Positions 17,394 through 26,107 of a stretch of 64,000 nt of DNA are shown piece by piece. Below the pieces are notes generated by a model, which saw only the letters and a list, made by a program, of their open reading frames with translations, was not told the origin of the DNA and did not search any database. Source of the stretch: Actinokineospora auranticolor (GTDB taxonomy: Bacteria > Actinomycetota > Actinomycetes > Mycobacteriales > Pseudonocardiaceae); the NCBI RefSeq assembly GCF_041897805.1, contig NZ_CP154825.1:4786024-4850023 (forward strand), in the 5' to 3' direction. Numbering within the stretch: the stretch's first letter is position 1; every line of letters begins with the position of its first letter. The position numbers and the translations under genes are program-made.

Positions 17394-18725
17394 ATGTCCG
17401 TACGCCGTTTGCACCTCAACGCCTTCCTCATGGGGGTGGGTCACCACGAGGCCGCCTGGCGGCACCCGGTCACCGACCCGGCCCGCCTGGGCGACGTCCG
17501 CCACTACCAGGAGCTGGCCCGGATCGCCGAGGCAGGCGGGTTCGACTCGGTGTTCCTCGCCGACGGCGTGCAGGTCTGGGGCGACGTCGAGCACACGGCG
17601 GCGCACGTGTTCGAGCCGCTCACGCTGCTGACCGCGATGGCGGCGGTGACCTCGCGGGTCGGGTTGATCGCCACGGTGTCCACCGGCTACAGCGAGCCGT
17701 ACAACCTGGCCCGCTGGTTCGCCTCGCTCGACCACATCAGCGGTGGTCGCGCGGGGTGGAACATCGTCACGACCGCGGGCGACCGGTCCGCGCAGAACTT
17801 CTCCCTGCCCGGCGCGCCCGACCACGCCGAGCGCTACGAGCGCGCGGACGAGTACCTGCGGGTGGTCACGGCACTGTGGGACAGCTGGGCCGACGACGCG
17901 GTCCTGGCCGACCGGGAGACCGGGCGCTTCGTCGATCCGGCCAAGGTCCGGGAGATCGGCCACGAGGGCCGCTTCCACCGGGTGCGCGGCCCGCTCAACT
18001 CGACCCGGTCGCCGCAGGGCCACCCGCTGCTGGTGCAGGCCGGGTCGTCGGAGGACGGGAAGGCGTTCGCCGCGCGGTGGGCCGAGGCGGTGTTCACCGC
18101 GCACCAGACCGTCGAGTCGGCGCGGAAGTTCTACGCCGACCTGAAGGGCAGGCTGGCCGGGCACGGTCGCGGCGCGGATTCGGTGAAGGTGCTGCCGGGG
18201 GTGGTGCCGGTGCTCGGGTCTACGGAGGAGGAAGCGAACCGCCTGGCCCGTGAACTCGACGAGTTGATCGTGCCCGCGCGGGCGGTGGCGCAGGTGTCGG
18301 AGATGCTGGGGTTCGACCTGTCCGGGCACCCGCTCGACCGGCCGCTGCCGCCGCTGCCGGTGACCGGGGTGAACGGCGCGCAGAGCCGGTTCGCGCTGGT
18401 CCGGGACCTGGTCGAGCGGGAGAACCCGACGCTGCGCGAGCTGCTGTCGCGGCTGGGCGGCGGACGCGGCCACACCGTCGTCGTGGGCACGCCGGAGCGG
18501 ATCGCCGACCACATCGAGCTGTGGTTCACCACCGGGGCGGCCGACGGGTTCAACGTCATGGCCCCGCTGCTGCCCTCCGGTCTGACCGAGTTCGTCGACA
18601 CCGTCCTGCCGATCCTGCGGCGGCGCGGCCTGTTCCGCGACGACTACACCGGCACGACCCTGCGCGAGCACTACGGACTCGCCCGCCCCGCCGACGGCTT
18701 CGCCGACCTCGCCTCCGCCGTCTGA
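17394..18725 (+). CDS. LLM-class flavin-dependent monooxygenase (NtaA/SnaA/DszA family)
   Basis: MSVRRLHLNAFLMGVGHHEAAWRHP…, the typical N-terminus of FMN-dependent NtaA/DszA monooxygenases. 443 aa. Confidence 0.85.
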   Translation: MSVRRLHLNAFLMGVGHHEAAWRHPVTDPARLGDVRHYQELARIAEAGGFDSVFLADGVQVWGDVEHTAAHVFEPLTLLTAMAAVTSRVGLIATVSTGYSEPYNLARWFASLDHISGGRAGWNIVTTAGDRSAQNFSLPGAPDHAERYERADEYLRVVTALWDSWADDAVLADRETGRFVDPAKVREIGHEGRFHRVRGPLNSTRSPQGHPLLVQAGSSEDGKAFAARWAEAVFTAHQTVESARKFYADLKGRLAGHGRGADSVKVLPGVVPVLGSTEEEANRLARELDELIVPARAVAQVSEMLGFDLSGHPLDRPLPPLPVTGVNGAQSRFALVRDLVERENPTLRELLSRLGGGRGHTVVVGTPERIADHIELWFTTGAADGFNVMAPLLPSGLTEFVDTVLPILRRRGLFRDDYTGTTLREHYGLARPADGFADLASAV

Positions 18726-18766
18726 CGGCGCCGTCCACCCTTTTCCCACCACAGAAGGACATCGAA

Positions 18767-19792
18767 GTGCGCACCACATCCAGAAGGGCTTTCCTCGGCC
18801 TCACCGCGCTCGGCGCGACCGCGCTCGTCACCGCGTGCGGGCGCGGCGAGGCGGCGGGCGGCGCCGAGACCAAGAAGCTGCGCTACCAGGGCTGGGTCGG
18901 ACAGGTCACGCTGCCCGAGCTGGCCAAGGACCTCGGGTACCTGGGCGACCTGGAGCTGGAGTGGGTCGGCAACACCACCAGCGGCCCGCAGGACATCCAG
19001 TCCGCGGCCACCGGCCAGGTCGACTTCGGCGGCGCGTTCAACGGCGCGGTGGTGAAGCTGGTGGCGAGCAAGGCGCCGATCGTGTCGGTGATCAGCTACT
19101 ACGGCTCCGACAAGGACTCCTACACGGGCTACTTCGTCCTGGACTCCAGCCCGATCCGCACGCCCGCCGACCTGGTCGCGTCCGGTGCGAAGGTCGGGAT
19201 GAACACCCTCGGCGCGCACGCGGAGGCCATCCTGGACACCTACCTGGAGCTCGCCGGGATCGCCGGCGACGAGGCGAAGAAGGTCGAGCGGCTGGCGCTG
19301 CCGCCGGTCAACACCGAGCAATCGCTGCGGCAGCGCCAGATCCAGGTGGCGGCGCTGAGCGGGATCCTGCGCGACAAGGCACTGGCGGCGGGCGGGCTGC
19401 GGCCGCTGTTCACCGACTTCGAGCTGCTGGGCCCGTTCAGCGCGGGCACCTACGTGATGACGAAGCGGTTCGTCCAGGAGAACCCGAACACCACGACCAC
19501 CTTCGTCACCGGGGTCGCCAAGGCTCTCGATTGGTCGCGGGATACCCCGCGCGAGCAGGTGATCGCCCGGATGCGGGACATCGTGGCCAAGCGCGGTCGG
19601 TCCGAGGACTCCGGGCCGCTGGCGTTCTGGAAGTCCTTCGGCGTGGCCGAGCGGGGCGGGGTGATCCGCGACCAGGAGTTCGCGCTGTGGTTGGACTGGC
19701 TGGGCAAGCGCGGTGACGTCGAGGCCGGGTCGCTCAAGCCGTCCGACCTGTACACCAACCAGTACAACAAGTCGGGGCAGGCGGGCGGATGA
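18767..19792 (+). CDS. ABC transporter substrate-binding lipoprotein (sulfonate/nitrate/taurine SsuA/TauA-like)
   Basis: GTG start after GAAGGAC. Tat-type signal plus lipobox RRAFLGLTALGATALVTAC. NMT1/SsuA-like fold. Confidence 0.85.
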   Translation: MRTTSRRAFLGLTALGATALVTACGRGEAAGGAETKKLRYQGWVGQVTLPELAKDLGYLGDLELEWVGNTTSGPQDIQSAATGQVDFGGAFNGAVVKLVASKAPIVSVISYYGSDKDSYTGYFVLDSSPIRTPADLVASGAKVGMNTLGAHAEAILDTYLELAGIAGDEAKKVERLALPPVNTEQSLRQRQIQVAALSGILRDKALAAGGLRPLFTDFELLGPFSAGTYVMTKRFVQENPNTTTTFVTGVAKALDWSRDTPREQVIARMRDIVAKRGRSEDSGPLAFWKSFGVAERGGVIRDQEFALWLDWLGKRGDVEAGSLKPSDLYTNQYNKSGQAGG

Positions 19793-20601
19793 GCACCGCG
19801 AAGATCGAGTTCCGGGGTGTCGGCAAGACCTTCGCGGTGCGCGAGGCGGGCGGCACCGGCACGTTCACCGCGCTCGACGGGATCGACCTGACCGTGGCAC
19901 CCGGCGAGTTCCTGGCGGTGGTCGGGCCCAGCGGCTGCGGGAAGTCGACGCTGCTGGAACTGCTTGCCGGACTGACGAAGCCGACCAGCGGGCAGGTGCT
20001 GGTCGACGGGAAACCGGTCACCGGGCCGGGTCTCGACCGGGGCATCGTGTTCCAGCAGTACGCGCTGCTGCCGTGGCGGACCGCGCTGGGCAACGTCGAG
20101 TTCGGTCTGGAGGCCACCGGCGTGCCCCGCCGCGAGCGGGCCGCGCGGGCCCGGGACTTCCTCGACCTGGTCGGCCTGACCGGGTTCGAGCGCCGCTACC
20201 CGCACGAGCTCTCCGGCGGCATGCGCCAGCGGGTCGCCATCGCGCGCAGCCTCGCCTACGACCCGGACGTGCTGCTGATGGACGAGCCGTTCGCGGCGCT
20301 GGACGCGCAGACCCGCGAGTCGCTGCAGGAGGAGCTGCTGCGGATCTGGGAGCGCACCGGCAAGACGGTCGTGTTCATCACCCACGGCATCGACGAGGCC
20401 GTGTACCTCGGTCAGCGGGTCGCGGTGATGACCTCGCAGCCGGGGCGGATCAAGCAGGTGCGGCCGATCGGGCTCGACAGCCGCGCGGCGGGCGCGGACA
20501 CCCGGTCCACGCCCGAGTTCGCCGGGTACCGGCACGACATCTGGACGCTGCTGCGCGACGAGGTCGCCCGCTCGCGCGAGAAGGAGAGGGCCGCGCTGTG
20601 A
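19789..20601 (+). CDS. ABC transporter ATP-binding protein (SsuB/TauB-like)
   Basis: Walker A GPSGCGKST, ABC signature LSGGMRQRVAIARSL, Walker B VLLMDEPFAALD. Confidence 0.9.
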   Translation: MSTAKIEFRGVGKTFAVREAGGTGTFTALDGIDLTVAPGEFLAVVGPSGCGKSTLLELLAGLTKPTSGQVLVDGKPVTGPGLDRGIVFQQYALLPWRTALGNVEFGLEATGVPRRERAARARDFLDLVGLTGFERRYPHELSGGMRQRVAIARSLAYDPDVLLMDEPFAALDAQTRESLQEELLRIWERTGKTVVFITHGIDEAVYLGQRVAVMTSQPGRIKQVRPIGLDSRAAGADTRSTPEFAGYRHDIWTLLRDEVARSREKERAAL

Positions 20602-21449
20602 CCACCACCGAGCTACCATCCACAGTGGATATACCCGCGCCCGCGACCCCCGCCCCGGCCAGGCGACCCGGTGGCCTGGTCCGCCTGCGCCGCCTGGCAG
20701 GCGCGGTCGTGACCCGCACCGCCGCGATCGCCGCGCTCCTGCTGCTGTGGGAGCTGGCGCCCCGCTTCGAGCTGGTCGACCCGACGTTCCTGCCGCCGTT
20801 CAGCGAGGTCGCGGTGGCCTGGTGGGAGCTGCTGCTCGACGGCGAGCTGACCACGCACCTGGAGGCCAGCCTGGTGCGGGCGCTGAGCGGGTTCGGCTTG
20901 GCCGTGCTGGTCGCGGTGCCGCTCGGGCTGCTGATCGGGTGGTACAAACGGGTGTCGGACATCCTGGGGCCGTTGCTGGAGGTGTTCCGCAACACCGCCG
21001 CGCTCGCGCTGCTGCCGGTGTTCGTGCTGCTGCTCGGCATCGGTGAGACCTCGAAGATCGCCATCGTGCTCTACGCCTGCGCGTGGCCGATCCTGCTCAA
21101 CACGATCAGCGCGGTCCGCACGGTCGACCCGACGCTGGTGAAGCTGGCCCGGTCGATGGACCTGCCGCCGCCGCGGGTGTTCCAGAAGGTGGTGCTGCCC
21201 GCCGCCGTGCCGACGGTGTTCACCGGCATCCGGCTGGCGGGCGCGGTGTCGATCCTGGTGCTGGTGGCCGCCGAGATGGTCGGCGCCAAGGCCGGGTTGG
21301 GTCAGCTGATCAACGCGTCGCAGTACAACTTCGCCGTGCCGCGGATGTACGCCGGGATCGTCACGCTCTCGGTGTTCGGCGTGCTGTTCAACCAGGCGCT
21401 CGTCGCCGTCGAGCGCCGCTTCACGTCCTGGCGCGTCCCCACCTCATGA
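20598..21449 (+). CDS. ABC transporter permease (SsuC/TauC-like)
   Basis: GTGA overlap with the ATPase gene. Six hydrophobic helices. The track ORF 19713..21449 is a frame artefact upstream of 20598. Confidence 0.85.
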   Translation: MTTTELPSTVDIPAPATPAPARRPGGLVRLRRLAGAVVTRTAAIAALLLLWELAPRFELVDPTFLPPFSEVAVAWWELLLDGELTTHLEASLVRALSGFGLAVLVAVPLGLLIGWYKRVSDILGPLLEVFRNTAALALLPVFVLLLGIGETSKIAIVLYACAWPILLNTISAVRTVDPTLVKLARSMDLPPPRVFQKVVLPAAVPTVFTGIRLAGAVSILVLVAAEMVGAKAGLGQLINASQYNFAVPRMYAGIVTLSVFGVLFNQALVAVERRFTSWRVPTS

Positions 21450-21464
21450 CCGACCGGAGGACTC

Positions 21465-23024
21465 ATGACCACCCTCGACACCGATGTGCTCGTGGTCGGC
21501 GGCGGCCCCGCGGCCACCTGGGCAGCCCTGCGCGCGGCCCAGCGGGGCGCGGACGTCGTCCTGGCCGACAAGGGCTACTGCGGCACCAGCGGCGCGACCG
21601 CGTCGGCGGGTACCGGCGTCTGGTACGTGCCGCCGGACCCGGAGGCCCGCGAGGCCGCGATGGCCGCGCGGGAGGGGCTCGGCGGCTACCTCGCCGACCG
21701 CCGCTGGATGGGGCGGGTGCTCGACCAGACGTACGCGCAGATGAACGAACTGGCCGAGGTGGCCCGCTACCCGTTCCCCACCGGCCCGGACGGGGCGCCG
21801 CTGCGCACCGGGTTGCAGGGGCCGGAGTACATGCGGCGCATGCGGGTCCTGGTGCGCCGGGCGGGGGTGCGGGTGCTCGACCACAGCCCGGTGCGCGAGT
21901 TGCTGGTCGACCGCGACGGCGCGGTGGCGGGTGCGGTCGGACACCGGCGGCAGGAGGGCGCGGACTACCGGGTGCGGTCGGGCGCGGTGGTGCTGGCCAC
22001 GGGCGGGTGCGCCTTCCTGAGCAAGGCGTTGGGGTGTGACGTCAACACCGGGGACGGGGCGCTGTTCGCCGCCGAGGTGGGCGCGGAGCTGTCGGGCATG
22101 GAGTTCTCCAACGCGTACGGCATCGCCCCCGAGCACACCTCGGTGACCAAGACCGCGTTCTACTCGTACGCCACGTTCAGCCGCGCCGACGGGGAGGTGC
22201 TGGAGGGCGCGGGCAGCGCGCGCGGTCGGTCGGTGATCGCCCGGACCCTGTTGTCGGAGAAGGTGTTCTGCGTGCTCGACCGCGCCGACGAGCCGACGAG
22301 ACGGGCGATGCGGCTGGCGCAGCCGAACTTCTTCCTGACCTTCGACCGGCTGGGCATCGACCCGTTCACCCAGCGGTTCGCCGTGACGCTGCTGGCCGAG
22401 GGCACGGTGCGCGGCACGGGCGGCATCCGGATCACCGGCGACGACTGCGCCACCACCGTCGTGGGACTCTACGCGGCGGGCGACGCGGCCACCCGTGAGC
22501 CGATCTGCGGGGGTTTCACCGGCGGCGGCAGCCACAACGCCGCGTGGGCGATGTCCTCGGGTGCCTGGGCGGGGGCGGGCGCGGCGGCCTTCGCGCTCGC
22601 GGAGGGGCGTCACCGGGACCGTCCGGTCCGCGCGGCGGGCGGGGCCGGGTTGCGGCCCACCGGATTCGGCGCCGCGCCGTCGGCCGCCGAGGCGATCCGG
22701 TTGGTGCAGCGGGAAGTGCTGCCGTACGACATCAACTACCTGCGCCACGGCGACCGGCTGCGCGCGGCCCTGTCCGAACTGGATGGTGTGTGGACCGCGC
22801 TGCGGGAACACGCCTTCGCGGACGGTTCCGGGGCTGGGCGCCTGCGCTCCGCCGCCGCGATGACCGCGCACGCCCGGTGGATGTACCACTCCGCGCTGAC
22901 CCGCACCGAGAGCCGGGGCATGGCCAAGCGGCTCGACTTCCCCGAGCAGGACCCGACCCAGCACCACCGCGTGCTCAGCGGGGGCCTGGACCGCGTCCGG
23001 ACCTGGACGGAGGCCGTCGCGTGA
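21465..23024 (+). CDS. FAD-binding oxidoreductase (succinate dehydrogenase/fumarate reductase flavoprotein-like, FAD_binding_2)
   Basis: VLVVGGGPAATWAALRAAQRGADVVLADK dinucleotide-binding motif. 519 aa. Confidence 0.8.
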   Translation: MTTLDTDVLVVGGGPAATWAALRAAQRGADVVLADKGYCGTSGATASAGTGVWYVPPDPEAREAAMAAREGLGGYLADRRWMGRVLDQTYAQMNELAEVARYPFPTGPDGAPLRTGLQGPEYMRRMRVLVRRAGVRVLDHSPVRELLVDRDGAVAGAVGHRRQEGADYRVRSGAVVLATGGCAFLSKALGCDVNTGDGALFAAEVGAELSGMEFSNAYGIAPEHTSVTKTAFYSYATFSRADGEVLEGAGSARGRSVIARTLLSEKVFCVLDRADEPTRRAMRLAQPNFFLTFDRLGIDPFTQRFAVTLLAEGTVRGTGGIRITGDDCATTVVGLYAAGDAATREPICGGFTGGGSHNAAWAMSSGAWAGAGAAAFALAEGRHRDRPVRAAGGAGLRPTGFGAAPSAAEAIRLVQREVLPYDINYLRHGDRLRAALSELDGVWTALREHAFADGSGAGRLRSAAAMTAHARWMYHSALTRTESRGMAKRLDFPEQDPTQHHRVLSGGLDRVRTWTEAVA

Positions 23025-23374
23025 TCGAACTCCTCGACCCGGAACGCTGCGTGTCGTGCGACAAGTGCGTCAAGGTGTGTCCCACCGACGTGTTCGACCT
23101 CGGTGCCGACGGCGTGCCGGTCATCGCGCGCCAGTCGGACTGCCAGACCTGCTTCCAGTGCGAGGCGAACTGCCCGACGGACGCCCTCTACGTCGCCCCG
23201 CACACCACGCCGCTGCCGCCGGGTTCCCCGGAGCACGACGTGGCGCACCTGGTCGAGACGGGTCTGCTCGGCAGCTACCGGGCGCACCTCGGCTGGGGTC
23301 GGGGCCGAACTCCCGGCGCCGCGCTCGCCGTCGGCCCCAGCCTCACGCCCAGCGGTCCCAGGCTCATCTCCTGA
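23021..23374 (+). CDS. 4Fe-4S ferredoxin
   Basis: GTGA-coupled to the FAD protein. Two cluster motifs: CVSCDKCVKVCP and CQTCFQCEANCP. Confidence 0.75.
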   Translation: MIELLDPERCVSCDKCVKVCPTDVFDLGADGVPVIARQSDCQTCFQCEANCPTDALYVAPHTTPLPPGSPEHDVAHLVETGLLGSYRAHLGWGRGRTPGAALAVGPSLTPSGPRLIS

Positions 23375-23434
23375 GGGACTGTGGCGGCGGACCAGGTGCC
23401 CTCCCCTTGGTCCGCCGCCACTCCACCGCGCCCG

Positions 23435-23980
23435 TCACGGCAGGGCCAGGCCGTCGAGGACGATCGTGATGGCGCGGTCGCGGGTGTCGGGTGGGGTGGG
23501 CGCGGTGGCGCAGGCCTGGGCCAGGGCGCGGATGAGCAGGTAGACCTCGTCGATCGTGACCGACTCCCGCACGGCACCGGCCGCCTGGGCGCGGTGGAGG
23601 AAGTCGCCGACCGCGGTCTTCAGGTGCTTGGCGGCCCGCATGGCCGCGGCGGGGGTCTGGGTGCGGTCGGACAGGGTCGCCGCGAGGGTCAGTTTGGTGG
23701 CGCCGGTCTCGATCAGCGCGCGGACGAGCGCCCGCCACGCTTCAGCCGGGTCGGGGTGGTCGGCGAGGGCGCGGGCCCGCTCGCCCAGCCGCTCGTAGTG
23801 GCGGAGCAGGGCGGACTCGATCAGGGCGTCCTTGGTGGGGAAGTGCCGGAAGACGGTCGCGATGCCGACGCCCGCGCGCTGGGCCACCTCCTCGGTCGAC
23901 CCGGCCGCGCCCCGCGTGCCGAACACGTCCTCGGCCGCCGCCAGGATCCGCTCCCGGTTCTCCCGCGCGTCCTGGCGCAT
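23435..23980 (-). CDS. TetR-family transcriptional regulator
   Basis: N-terminal HTH RILAAAEDVFGTRGAAGSTEEVAQRAGVGIATVFRHFPTKDALI. Confidence 0.85.
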   Translation of the reverse strand: MRQDARENRERILAAAEDVFGTRGAAGSTEEVAQRAGVGIATVFRHFPTKDALIESALLRHYERLGERARALADHPDPAEAWRALVRALIETGATKLTLAATLSDRTQTPAAAMRAAKHLKTAVGDFLHRAQAAGAVRESVTIDEVYLLIRALAQACATAPTPPDTRDRAITIVLDGLALP

Positions 23981-24082
23981 GGCCCTCCTCGTGATTCGCC
24001 CGTGTGGAGCAGGGTAACCGGAGCGGGGACTTCGGTAGGCTAACCAGAGTCCAGACTCCGCTTACCCGTCCTGGGGGATGAG

Positions 24083-24556
24083 ATGCCACGAACTCCCACC
24101 GAAGTCGTCCGCGCCGTCACCGCGGAGGTCTCCCGCCTGATCTCCGGTGGCCTCACTGACCGGGAGCAGGCCGCCGCGTTCGACGAGTTGGCCGGGCTGT
24201 ACGCCGAAGACACCGACGTCCGCCACCCGTTCGCCCCGCTCGGCGACACCCCGCTGCGCACCCGGGCCGAAGTGCGCGCGCACTTCGTCGGCGCCCCCGA
24301 CCGCACCCCCGCCGTCGACCGGTTCGAGGTCGTCGACCAGGTGGTCCACCGCACCGACGACCCCGAGGTGGTGATCCAGGAGTTCAGCTACGCCATCACC
24401 CGAGACGGCCGCGACTTCACCCTGCCCTGCGTCTTCATCACCCGGGTCCGCGACGGCCTGATCGTCGAGTCCCGCGACTACGCCCACCACCTGGCGGGCG
24501 CCCGCGCCTTCGGCCGCCTTGACGAACTCCTGGACAACCTGGCCACCGAGGGCTGA
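24083..24556 (+). CDS. SnoaL-like/NTF2-fold (ketosteroid-isomerase-like) protein
   Basis: 157 aa. DVRHPFAP…RAHFV…VHRTDD…FITRVRDGLIVESRDY, typical of SnoaL_2 proteins. Confidence 0.65.
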   Translation: MPRTPTEVVRAVTAEVSRLISGGLTDREQAAAFDELAGLYAEDTDVRHPFAPLGDTPLRTRAEVRAHFVGAPDRTPAVDRFEVVDQVVHRTDDPEVVIQEFSYAITRDGRDFTLPCVFITRVRDGLIVESRDYAHHLAGARAFGRLDELLDNLATEG

Positions 24557-25177
24557 TCAGCTCCGGTCGCCGACCACGAGGTCGTAGACGACCTCGACGG
24601 CGAGCCCGTCGGACCCGCCCTTGATCCGCAACTCGTGCGGCCCGGGCGCGGGCGGCTCGATCTCGAACCAGAGGCCGCAGCCGCAACCGCGGTGGTCGCC
24701 CGCCTCGTCGTAGATCGCGCTGCCCTCGACGGCGCGCACGGTGAGGCGGGTCGGCCCGGTCCGCCGCAGGGTGACCGGCGCGCCGTCGAGGGTGACGGTG
24801 CCCTCGGCGGCGTCGAGGAAGTCGCGGCAGTCCTCCGGGGTGCTGACCAGGTTGACCGCCGGACCGACCAGTGCTCGACCGGCGGGGACCACGCACCGGC
24901 GGTGGGCCTTGCCGCCGAAGGTGCCCGCGACGAACCACAGGTCGTCCGGTTGGTTGACGTGGCATTGGGTGCCGACGAGGTCACTGACCGGGTCGGACCC
25001 GCTCGGCCGGGACGCCGCCCAACTCCACCAGCGGCCCTGCGTCTCGGCCAGGTCGATCGGCGCGCGCACGGCACCGCTCACCCCGGGTGACGGGACCGGC
25101 TGCCCGTCCGTCGCGCACCCGGCCGCGAGCACCCCGAAGGCCACCGCGGCGGCGGCCCACCATCGCCACACCATGTC
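24557..25177 (-). CDS. Secreted lipoprotein, unknown function
   Basis: ATG at about 25174–25177 after GGGGAAG. Signal peptide plus lipobox MVWRWWAAAAVAFGVLAAGC. Confidence 0.55.
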   Translation of the reverse strand, partial: DMVWRWWAAAAVAFGVLAAGCATDGQPVPSPGVSGAVRAPIDLAETQGRWWSWAASRPSGSDPVSDLVGTQCHVNQPDDLWFVAGTFGGKAHRRCVVPAGRALVGPAVNLVSTPEDCRDFLDAAEGTVTLDGAPVTLRRTGPTRLTVRAVEGSAIYDEAGDHRGCGCGLWFEIEPPAPGPHELRIKGGSDGLAVEVVYDLVVGDRS

Positions 25178-25433
25178 CACTTCCCCAGACAGCGCCCGGA
25201 CCTCCGAGAACGAGGTCGACGGCCGGAGTGTAAGGAGACCCGAGCCCGCGCGGGATGAGACCAGGCACACGGCACGGATCGTGAGCATCCGGTCGCCCTA
25301 CGACTTCCTCGTCGCGGAAGCGAAGCGACTCGGCGTGCTCTGCCGTGTCGCCACTGCCAAAGGCCACAGTGGACAGGGTGAGCACAGCCCTCGGCCGCCG
25401 CCCACCGTGCCGATCCCGAGACTCGTCTCGGTC

Positions 25434-26090
25434 TCACGCGGTGAAGGCGTCCCACTCCAGGTTCTCGATCTTCGTGAGGTACGCCAGACGGGCGGGCTTG
25501 TCGGCCGCCACCCACACCTCGCGCGCGGTCGCCGTTTCGGCTGTCTCGCCCGGTCCGGGGTTCGGTCCGCCGAAGGCGAGCAGCCCGTCCGCCGCGTACA
25601 GGCGATGGCCGCGGGCGGGCCAGCGCCAATCAGGCATCGGCAGCGGGTGCACCGGCGCCACGATCCCCTCCCACTGTGCCTGCGACACAACGCAGGCACA
25701 GGCACCGAACGCCGAGCCCATCACCGCCTCGAACACCGCGACGTGGAGCAGGAACGTCGACAGCGGCTCGCCCGTGGGCTGCCACACCGCGCCGTCGACG
25801 TTCTCCCGGTCATAGACCGGCGGGTCGTCACCGTCGGCATCGATCGCCCACGACCACGCCCCCTGGTTCTCCTCCCAGAAGACCAGCTTGCCGTCCTCGA
25901 GCCAAGGCTCGCTCAGCACGCGGTTCTGGGTGGCGACCGGCGTCGACCAGCGAGAGGTCACCTCGAACCAGTCGCGCAGCGGCCCAGGAGCGCGGCTGCC
26001 GTCAAGCACGGACTGCCGGTCCGGTGGGCCATACCAGCGGGTCAGGAACCGCGCCAGGCTGTCGCCGTCGACAGGGAAAAGTTCACGCAC
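25434..26090 (-). CDS. Hypothetical protein downstream of the giant AAA protein
   Basis: Tentative GTG start at 26090, 17 nt after the giant gene's stop. Trp-rich sequence (…LVFWEENQGAWSWAIDADGDDPPVYD…). No confident family; faint resemblance to SMI1/KNR4 (SUKH)-type proteins. Confidence 0.4.
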   Translation of the reverse strand: MRELFPVDGDSLARFLTRWYGPPDRQSVLDGSRAPGPLRDWFEVTSRWSTPVATQNRVLSEPWLEDGKLVFWEENQGAWSWAIDADGDDPPVYDRENVDGAVWQPTGEPLSTFLLHVAVFEAVMGSAFGACACVVSQAQWEGIVAPVHPLPMPDWRWPARGHRLYAADGLLAFGGPNPGPGETAETATAREVWVAADKPARLAYLTKIENLEWDAFTA

Positions 26091-26107
26091 GGCCGGAGTC
26101 TCGCAGA

